This document shows, piece by piece, positions 54,299 to 64,000 of a stretch of DNA of 64,000 nucleotides. Numbering within the stretch: position 1 is the stretch's first letter; each line of letters starts with the position of its first letter. Below the pieces are notes generated by a model that worked only from the letters and a program-made list of their open reading frames with translations, was not told the DNA's origin and did no database searches. The stretch covers positions 147,622,001 to 147,686,000 of the forward strand of contig OX597814.1 of NCBI GenBank assembly GCA_951406725.2. Reading direction: 5' to 3'. The position numbers and the translations under genes are program-made. The DNA is from Octopus vulgaris. Taxonomy: Eukaryota.

Positions 54299-54347
54299 AA
54301 ATGTTCACTATAAAATTATTTTAGCATTTTCTATTTTTTACTTGTTT

Positions 54348-54379
<32 letters not shown>

Positions 54380-55558
54380 GGAGATATATATATGTGTTCG
54401 TGCGTGTATGCATCTAGGTATGCTTATGCAAGCACACACACACGCACACACATAAATACAACAAGATATATGTATATGGTTGTGTGTGTATACATATCTA
54501 TATATGTATATATATATGTATGCATGTATCTTTCTCTATCTATGTATAAATCTATCTATCTATATAGATATATAAAATATACCTTTATATATATATATAT
54601 ATATATACATATAAGGATATATGCCCTGTATAAATATACGTGTGTGTAACAGTATTCCTCCCGATTGAATACGCACGAACATACACACACATTCACACCC
54701 ACCCACAAACTTCCACACACACACACACTCCTACACACACACACATACACATACACATACACACACACGTACACACACATAAACACACACACATAACACG
54801 CACAAAGAAAAATAAAACAAAATGCAAAATCGGAAACTGATATTTTCTTTATCAAGAAATATTTCCGGAAAATATGCATTTCCGTTAGCAAATCTCACTG
54901 ATAGGAGAATAGCATACACTTGCAACATCTCACTTGTGCAGACAGAAGTGTGGGATGTAGTGGAATAAAACAGACTGAAAAACATCCACCAGTGAAATCT
55001 TTGTAGAAACCACTGTGGCAATGCAAGTACGATGTTGAACTATAGCGACAGTCTTAAAGGGATATACACCGTAATCCCCTTGTATTCTATTTTTGTTTAT
55101 ATATGTATGTATTTATTATCTTACTAACATATATTGTACAGATAACCGAAGTCAGATGTTTCGGGCTGTTTTATTTCGGTTTTTTTCTTTTTTTTTTTGG
55201 TGTGATTGTATTATGTTTGTTTTGTTTAGTTTTTTTTAGTTGTTAAGCCGCGGTTTAGGTCGCAAACATTCGTTTGTATGTGTAATTTTTCAATGTTTTT
55301 TTGGGTTTTTTTTTCAGGCCAAAAATCTTTGAAATTATTCCCATGATTAATTTTATGTGCAGGAGAGAGATTGGTGGAGGTGGAGGTGGAGGTTGGGTTG
55401 GGATGAATCAGACAGACATAGTAAGGGAAAGAAAAAGTAAGAAAGAGAGAGGAAGAATAAGTGATGAGCAAATATGCGATAGAGTAAAAAGAGAATGGAG
55501 GGCTTTCTGAACTATTTAAATATTACGTGTATAATGTATCCATGTGTGTGTGTGTGTA

Positions 55559-55590
<32 letters not shown>

Positions 55591-56371
55591 TGTGTGTGTG
55601 TGTGTGTATGTGTGTGTGTTCGCGTGATGGATATTTAAGTCATGAAAGGAGAAACTTAGAAATCATTGGCAAAAGAATTATTAGATAAGTCGTCTATTGC
55701 GCTCATTATTTAAGCAACTTTTGTTTATATGTATGTACGCATGTATGTATATGTATGTAAGTATGTATGTATAATCAGTTATCTGTTAAAGTTATAAGTG
55801 TATGTGTGTGCGCACACAAGCACACACATCATCTTACTCCCAACAAACTTGTTATCATATCACCGCCCCCACCACCTTAACAACAGTAACTCCAACTACA
55901 ACCACGGGCGCCAACATTTTCACCACTACCACTACCCTTCAAAACTGACTAAACTAAGCCTCCTAACACTCCTCTGTGTCGACTCAACCTGGTTCTGTTG
56001 TTGTTGTTCTTGTTATTGCTTTTATTCTTGTTCTTGTAGTTTCACTACTAATTCTGTAACAAATCTGCAAATATTCCCCCAAAAGATAATGCCTTATCTC
56101 CAACAGCACATTTTAAAAAAGACCAGATTTTTTTCCCGTCCTCTACCCAGCTTTCCCCTTAACTCCTCTTCATTATAATTATCTTAGATGGTGAATGGCA
56201 GAATGTGTTATCCCACCGGAGTTGACTATGCTTTTCATCCATCCGGTCTCCATGAAATTAATAAGACCGAAGTGAAGTAAAGAGGTTGATTAAAACCTTT
56301 ATACACCTTCACCAATCTTCTGGCCTTCTGTCAAAATTATAAGCTGTGATTCAATATTGTTCTTGTGATAA

Positions 56372-56590
56372 AGGCGGCAAGCCGGCAGAGTCATTTGCAT
56401 GTCAGGCGAAACACTTGGCGATATTTCACCCGTCTTTACGTTCTGAGTTCAAATGCCGCCTAGGTCCACATTGCATTTCATCGACTATTCGGGATCGATA
56501 AAATAAGTACCCGTTGAGTACTGGGGTAGATGTAATCGACTTATACCCCCCCCTCAAAACTGCTGGCTTTGTATCCCAAAGTGAAACCAA
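56372..56590 (+). mobile_element. Nin/Deu-like SINE with ~22-bp TSD
   Basis: Family head, B box and domain. CAATATTGTTCnnGTGATAAAG at 56352-56373 and 56588-56609. Confidence 0.88.
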
Positions 56591-57048
56591 TATTGTTCGA
56601 GTGATAAAGTTATTCCTTTTCGTAAATATTTTCAGCCCTTTACAGCATCTGTTCTAATCTTAGGAAGATGGACTTATCCAGCCAGTTCAGGACTGATCTG
56701 ATCATCGACTTATTACTGCCGATATATATTCTTCCCGAAAATTTGAAAACCTATGCATATGCTTGTGATTAAAATTAACTAAGTGGTTTGGAAAAAACTA
56801 CTGGTTAGTATTTAGTTATGCCCCTTCCTTAATTCAAATTGATCGAGTCAATATATCTGCCTTTGTTTCAAAAGTACAATTGGTGATTTTTATATTGTGA
56901 TTGTCGGAAATAGTAGAATACAAATGATGCCTTTATTTAAATTCTGAGCTCAAATTCAGTTAAAGTCAACTTTGCATATCTAGCTTTGGACTGCAAGTAG
57001 AAAGGAATACAATTGATCGTTCGTTTTTGTTTTATTTTCTTTAATTAT

Positions 57049-57226
57049 ATTTCTTTACTACTCACAAGGGGCTAAACACAGAGAGGACAAACAAGGACAG
57101 ACAAACGGATTAAGTCGATTATATCAACCCCAGTGCGTAACTGGTACATAATTTATCGACCCCGAAAAGATGAAAGGCAAAGTCGACCTCGACGGAATTT
57201 GAACTCAGAACGTAGCGGCAGACGAA
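57049..57226 (-). mobile_element. 5'-truncated Nin/Deu-like SINE with tail B and 16-bp TSD
   Basis: TATTTTCTTTAATTAT at 57033-57048 and 57227-57242. Tail matches 42610-42665. Confidence 0.88.
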
Positions 57227-57279
57227 TATTTTCTTTAATTATTCGAGTATCATTCGAAGGGGCTTAAAAATTTGGCTAT

Positions 57280-57760
57280 TTGAATATTGTCAGTTGAAAA
57301 TCTGTCGACGCCAACAGTTATATAATTAGAACGTATCTACACTTATGTATTGTCAACTGCGCTATAGTCAATCAAAAGAGGAAGAAGAAAATAAATTATG
57401 ACATCTGATATCTTGAAGAATTTCCAAAGAAATTCGTACCATGATCATTTCATAAACGAAGAAGTCTAAGAAAGAGAATAGTCACAAGATTCCAAGACAC
57501 AGTTACAAAACGAAGTCAGATTTTGGGGCAGTAAGATCCACAATATGAAAAATGATTCGGTTCCACTTAGTCCGTGATCTTCATTCCACTCTCGTTTCTC
57601 CTATATTCGTCCACTGAGATGGCATTGAATGATGCTCCAACAGCTCAGACAACCATTAAGAAAGTTGCTAACAGAAGGAAAGAGAAGACGACGAATACCA
57701 TCGACCACATGGCATCGTACTTTTCATGAAGTCTTGAAGGCTATTGTCAAGAGACACTGG
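57280..57760 (+). mobile_element. Very decayed RTE LINE C-terminal fragment
   Basis: Pieces SYHDHFINEEV and EGKRRRRIPSTTWHRTFHEVLKA resemble RTE SWxDHITNEEV and GKRxRGRPxxTW. Confidence 0.55.
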
Positions 57761-58057
57761 AAAATATAGAATATGTAACAAATCGAGAATACTGAGTGTG
57801 GACTGGCAATCGTGTGGAGTGTATTGTGATTGATGTATTGCTATTGATTTAGACGACTCTACAACTACTTCGAAATCTGTAGTTTCGTGGCAATAATAGT
57901 AACCATTACTAATATTAAATTTTGCCTGAGACAGGCGTGTCGAGTGAAGCTCTATCAATTTTGGCAAGAAATATTTATTTCTAATTTATAAGCTGCGTGA
58001 CTTCGGTAGAGTTGAAAAACATGGATAGTGGCTACACAACTTTTTAGATAGAAATCA

Positions 58058-58111
58058 GGTAGTCGTAGTAGTAGTCGTAGTCATAGTAGTCGTAGTCTTA
58101 GTAGTAGTAGC

Positions 58112-58165
<54 letters not shown>
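58058..58165. repeat. (TAG)n microsatellite
   Basis: Directly visible. Confidence 0.95.
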
Positions 58166-58166
<1 letters not shown>

Positions 58167-58189
58167 AATGGTGTTACTTCCAAGGAAAC

Positions 58190-58605
58190 GCAAATAATAA
58201 TTGGTGTCCCACGGGGCACTTTCTAGGGGCCACTGCTATTCCTAGTCGCACTCTCAGACATGCTCTCAGTTGTTCAGATAGTCAAAGTTGCTAACTATGC
58301 AGACGATACAAAAGTCTCTCGGTGAAAACAGGACCCTGGAGATCTTGCACACCTGCAACAGAGTTGGACGCGATTGACAGTTGGGCTGAGGACAATAACA
58401 TGCAGTTTGAAGCAGGAAAATTCCAAGCACAGCGCTACCAGTACACGAGGCGAAATGAAATATAAACAGGATTCACTGGCCCAGGAGGGATTGCAATCCT
58501 GAATCAAAATCAGTGCGAGAGCTGAGCATTGGCATGAGTAATTATGTATCTTGTCATGTGCATATTAATGAGTTGGCAATAAAGTGCAGGCCACGTGGAT
58601 CCTGA
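58190..58605 (+). mobile_element. Decayed internal fragment of the CR1-group LINE (paralog of 8949-10016)
   Basis: GVPRGTF*GPLLFLVALSDMLSVVQIVKVANYADDTKVS. DNA GGAGGGATTGCAATCC is shared with the 9745-9762 region. Confidence 0.85.
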
Positions 58606-58853
58606 TGAGGAACAACTTAAACAAAGACATAGTTACTGCCTTGACATATTTTTATGCAGCACAGAATTTTGTCAGTGAACAGGTCGCGGTCTCAAAACGA
58701 CGAAAATATTTTGGCAAATTAAATTTAAATGTTGAAGTGAATCTAACGGTTTTTGTGTGTTTCTTAAATGGTTTATAAACACCTTCCACGCTGCAATTGT
58801 TTTCATATTTATATCATTCTATATATAAAGTAAAATGTTTTAACAAGCAGCTA

Positions 58854-60105
58854 TTAGGTCGTCAATTATGAAATTTGTAGAAAAGAAGAAAAGTTTGCTA
58901 ATGCTTTATAAAGACAAAGAATAGTTTTATTCATCAAAGTATGCACTCATTTGTCAATACACTCTTGCCATTTCAGCGGTAGCTTGTCTAGACCGGTAGT
59001 ATAAAAGCCTGGCAATTTAGTCAATAAAATCTTGGAAGGCCTGGTTTACAGCATCGTCGGTATTATATTTTTTTCCTATCAAAAGTTTGGAAGAAGTGGT
59101 AGACAGTGGGAGCAAGATCAGGTGAATATGGTGGATGATGAAGAACTTTCAACTCCAACTCCTGTAGTTTCGTCAATGTCATTTTTTGCGATGTGTGGTC
59201 TGGCGTTGTGTTGCAATAAAATAGGAGTGGGCTAATCTAGGCTGTTCTTTTGTAAGTTTTTACATCATTTGGTCCAGTTGGCTGCAGTATACTTCGATTG
59301 TGATTGATGAACAAGGTTTAATGAAATCATAATGGATCACACCTTCGCCAGGCCACCAAACACTCACTATCAGCTTCTTTTGATGAACTTTGCTTTTGGG
59401 ATTGTGTTTTGGTGGCTCGTTTTGTCCAACCATTGTGCTGCTCATTTACAATTGTTATATTAGATCCATTTCTCGCCACATGTTACAATTCGAATCAGAA
59501 ATTATTCAGTTTTGTGACAAGAAAGTAGCATAATGCAGCCTTCCAAACGTTGCTGTTTCTGATTTTCATTAAATTCTAGTGGAACCCACTTATCCAAATT
59601 TTCACTTTACCGATTTGAACTAGGTGAATCAATACTGTTTGCTTGCTAACCCCAAACAACAACGGTAATTCACGAACACTATGAGATGGATCTGACTCGA
59701 CGGTGGCCTTCAGTTCGTCATTATCCACCTTTGTTTCTGGTCGAACGGGTTGCTCATTTGTGAGGTCAAAGTTATCAGAACGAAATTTTGCAAACCAATT
59801 TGATACTGTCTGCTGTGTAATAACATTAAATGAAATACTCCATTAACATTCCGAGCTGTCTGTGATGCTGTATTTCCAAGAAAGAACTCATATTTCGAAG
59901 CTGTATGAATTTCCGACTTATCCATCTCTAAACAAAAATAGCAAAAAACGATTTAAAAATACTAAAAATGAGCTAGAATAAAAAATTAGATGTGTCAGCT
60001 TTCTAACAAAAAATAAAGTTTGTCAAAATATAATAATGGCGCAAAATGAGCAGCTGTCAAAGTTTACCATATACCTAACTACAAATTTCATACTTGACGA
60101 CCTAA
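58854..60105 (-). mobile_element. Full-length (1252 bp) dead mariner transposon, cecropia/Hsmar1-like
   Basis: 27-bp TIR TTAGGTCGTCAAKTATGAAATTTGTAG with one mismatch, TA on both sides. Peptides MDKSEIH...YEF, DKWVPLEF, IVTCGEKWI, HQKKLIVSVWW, LLQHNARPH and HPPYSPDLAPTVYH, with stops and frameshifts. Confidence 0.95.
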
Positions 60106-60607
60106 TACAAAGGGTTGATGCTTGTGTTTGAACGCTGAGATGAGCTGTGATAAATAGTCATTGGAAGGAAAATGTCCTAGAATTCTAAGGAAATGGTTGT
60201 AGGAAATTAGCGATAGTTATTAGATAAAATTGAATCAGTTTGGAACTATTTTATCATAATCGAAGAACTAGTGACGACAAAGGTACTTGATCAATTTTTA
60301 GATACTAAGTACAAGGGTTGCTTTGTTTGTGTTAAAAAACGTTCGCTTTCAAACGTGGAGATACGATAGCATTGGGTACGATAGCCTTCTGTGATTCTGC
60401 AAAGATCTACTCCATACAATGTCTGCTGCTTGCAATTAATAGTCTAGATGGTTAAAGTACAGGATTGTCTTTGGGGAGAAGTTAAGATTAACGGCAAAAG
60501 TCAAACTCAATAGATCATTGCTGTTTAACCTTGTTCTAAGTGCAGTTTGGTATCATCATCAGTCTAGGGAATTATTCGCTGTATAATACTAATCAAATGG
60601 CATTTGT

Positions 60608-60821
60608 TCTTACTCTTTTACTCTTTTACTTGTTTCAGTCATTTGACTGCGGCCATGCTGGAGCACCGCCTTTAGTCGATCAAATCGACCTCGGGACTTA
60701 TTCTTTGTAAGCCCAGTACTTATTCTATCGGTCTCTTTTGGCGAACTGCTAAGTTACGAGGACGTAAACACACCAGCATCGGTTGTCAAACAATGCTAGG
60801 GGGACAAACATAGACACACAA

Positions 60822-60854
<33 letters not shown>

Positions 60855-61021
60855 CATATATACGACAGGCTTCTTTCAGTTTCCGTTTACCAAATCCACT
60901 CACAAGGCATTGGTTGGCCCGGGGGTATAGCAGAATACACTTGCCCAAGATGCCACGCAGTGGGACTGAACCCGCAACCATGTGGTTGGCTAGCAAGTTA
61001 CTTACCACACAGCCACTCCTG
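60608..61021 (-). mobile_element. CORE-like SINE with internal microsatellite, well preserved
   Basis: Reverse complement of the family consensus including the (TACTCTTT)n tail. A further family tail fragment follows at 61035-61110. Confidence 0.92.
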
Positions 61022-61911
61022 AACATGTATATTTGTTTCATTTAACTGCGACCATGCTGGTGCACAGCTTTAAATGGTTTTAGTTGAAGAAATCTACCCC
61101 AGAACTTATTGTTTAGTGATTTTTGAAAACAGTTAACTACCCCAATTGCACTCACGACTTGAGAGCATTTTTGCACTTGATCTTTTACTTCAAGTGTCAG
61201 GTAAACGAGAAATATCACATTCCATATGGGACGCAGGTAGCCGATCAGCACCAAACTACACGAATAGAAGTTGAAAATAATATGGCGCTCGGAGACATGT
61301 TCATACCATCCAATGCTTGTTTCTAAAATAAGGGTCTGTTTAAAGTGAACAGACTCCAAGGACTAAAATAAAACTGTGCTTGGATCGACCGCAATCAAGA
61401 AAAGGTTGAGGGGAAGTCTGTCCTTGGAAGGCTCAGTGGATGTACTGAATACGTTTACAACATTTGAGATATATTTCTCTCTGACCACCATAATGTGCAC
61501 CAGTAAAACAGAAAACAGACAAATCAAACTAGGATGAATTCTAGTTTAGTTTATGTTCAATAAATATGTTATGCTAGTCAGACATGCCTGATGCTAATAG
61601 CCACGTCAGAGTAAAGGTCTAGACGTGAATAGGTTGATGATGTGCAAGCATGTACTGAATAGGTTCCTTGACAAAGAGTGTGTTTCTTTTAGCTACCCAT
61701 TCAGTTGAAGCGTAGATCCCGAATGGACATTTGGTACCTGGGTATTTGCAAAGTACTCACAGTTCTTTAAAGGTTGTACATGAGTATGGTGTAAATTTGG
61801 CTATTTGCAACATAGCAGATTAGATGGCTGAAAATATTCTGACCGTGGAATGGTAATTTGTGTATCTATAAGAATAATTTGCACAAGCTCTTCCGAAGAA
61901 TTTCACTTCTT

Positions 61912-61914
<3 letters not shown>

Positions 61915-61954
<40 letters not shown>

Positions 61955-61986
61955 TGCAGATACAGACAGATAAATAGATAGACAGG

Positions 61987-62053
<67 letters not shown>

Positions 62054-62303
62054 GTAGATAGAAAGATAGATATATAGATAGATAGATAAATAGAGAGATA
62101 GATAAATAGATAGATAGATAACTAGGCAGATTGATAGAGACAGATAGACAGACAGACTGATAGACAGACAAACTGACAAAGGAAGAGACACAGACAAACA
62201 TACATACATACAGACAGACAAACAGACAAACAGTCTGTCAGTCAGGCAGGCAGAAAGACAGACAGGCAGAAAGACAGACAGCTAGATAGATAAATATGCA
62301 GGC

Positions 62304-62336
<33 letters not shown>
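61915..62336. repeat. (CA)n/(GATA)n/(GACA)n microsatellite
   Basis: Directly visible. Confidence 0.95.
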
Positions 62337-62931
62337 CCCTTTGATTATATAAAATATATTGCGACGCTCTCAAATTGGCACAGCTACTGGGAAGCATTGC
62401 ACACTCCACTGGCATAAATGTTTCATTACCCTGATACTTCCATTCGTTAAACGTAAAGGGATTGCTGAATGTATGGAATAATGTCGGCGTTCGTTTAATG
62501 TCAATGGGTTGCTCATTTCGAGAATAATATCAACATGCTGCTACTGTCTTCCGTACAACTTATCTAGCAGACCTTCTAGTTCAGAATCGTTAGGCCACCT
62601 TTCATCTCAAAAGTAATAGCAGACAGGGATTCGCATGGGGAAAAAAAGACACTCGAAGTAAGCTTAATGACGAGATTTTAACTCAATTAAAAACCTTTTC
62701 AAGGTGGAGAATAAATAGAGCTGTTAGCGTGTTGGAAATAGAATGCTTCGCAGTGTTTGTTCCAATTTTCTGCACTCTGAGTTCAATTCCCGACGAGATT
62801 ACTTCTGTCTTTCATCATTTCCTGGCTGATGGAAAACATCAGACTAGGGCGGTGAATCAACAACAGAATTGTGATAACGTCAAACGGGGAATCTGTTTGG
62901 GCTATCTGTCTATCTATCTATCTATCTATCC

Positions 62932-62984
<53 letters not shown>

Positions 62985-63313
62985 ACTATCTATCTATTTG
63001 TCCCTTCTGTGTTCAGCCCTGTGTGGCTAATAAAGAAACATATCTATCTATCTTCCGATCTACCTATCTATCTATCTTTTTTCATTTCTCTTTTCTTTTG
63101 TTCCTTTTCCTTTTCCTTTTCTTTTTTTCTTTTTCTTTTTTTCTTTTTTTTTTTTTTTGTTCTTTTCTTCCCTTTTACGATCCCTCTTGATCGAAAATCT
63201 ACGCCACCCTTTTTTTTTGTTTCTTTTGTTTTTTGTTTTTTTCATCCCCCAAAAGAAAAGCTCTACCTTGTAACTTGTCCCATCTGTGTGCAGCCCTGTG
63301 TGGCCAATAAAGA

Positions 63314-63401
<88 letters not shown>

Positions 63402-63604
63402 GTCTGTCTGTCAGTCTGACTGTCTGTCCGTAAGTGTATGTTTGTTTAAGAAAAACATTATTCGCAAATACTTGCTGTATGCCCAGTGCGTATTTTAGTC
63501 CCTTTAAGTCGTTCATTTAGTAAAAAAACATCGTCGTTGTACACTTTCTAAATTGTTTTATGCTCTTCTGTAGTCAGCAGTCATTTACAACTCCAACAAA
63601 GAAA

Positions 63605-63611
63605 GACAACA

Positions 63612-63645
<34 letters not shown>

Positions 63646-63748
63646 TTGCTATCACAGCTATAAATGCTACTTTCTTTTCTGCAGCTGCTACTGCTGCTGT
63701 TACTACGACTGCTCTTCTTCTTCTTCTTCTTCTTCTTCTTCTTCTTCT

Positions 63749-63783
<35 letters not shown>

Positions 63784-64000
63784 TATTCCGTCTCCTTCAT
63801 TCTTTCTTCTATTTTGTCTTCTTCTTCTTCTACTCCTTCCTCTTCTTTCTTCTTCTCCTGTTTCTTCTTCTTCCTCATCTTCTTCTTCATTATTTCTTCT
63901 ATTTTGTTTTCTTCTTCTACGCCTTCCTCTTCTTTCTTCTTCTCCTGTTTCTTCCTCTTCTTCTTCTTCTTTCTTGTACTTTCTTCTTGTACGTCTTCTT
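63605..64000. repeat. (TAC)/(TGC)/(TTC)n low-complexity region with an internal block duplication
   Basis: TTCTTCTATTTTGT...CCTTCCTCTTCTTTCTTCTTCTCCTGTTTCTTC occurs twice. Confidence 0.9.

Noticed and set aside
58605-58800. Possible DNA transposon fragment between the LINE piece and the mariner
   Set aside because: No TIR pair, TSD or paralog in the window to support a call.

Overview
AT-rich, gene-free 64 kb eukaryotic window, intronic or intergenic. It is saturated with microsatellites and transposon debris. The SINE repertoire and microsatellite load look like an octopus (cephalopod) genome, which is an inference from memory and not a database match. No host protein-coding exon, rRNA or true tRNA is supported. 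Nearly all tracked ORFs are translations of (TA)n, (TG)n, (TATG)n or trinucleotide repeats. The real coding remnants are all mobile: CR1-group LINEs, RTE LINEs, an RLE-type LINE tail, a Penelope GIY-YIG endonuclease and several mariners. Three tRNA-derived SINE families are present (Meta-like, CORE-like carrying a microsatellite, and Nin/Deu-like). The most interesting signal is at least four sequence-unrelated minimal type I hammerhead-ribozyme motifs in short elements embedded in (TA)n tracts. One lies in a terminally redundant 432-nt unit that resembles a reverse-transcribed circular RNA (retrozyme-like), directly behind a Penelope remnant. Also notable are a LINE/SINE 3' stem-loop with compensatory changes, TSD-bounded composite SINEs and several large palindromes. 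All alignments and folds were done by eye.
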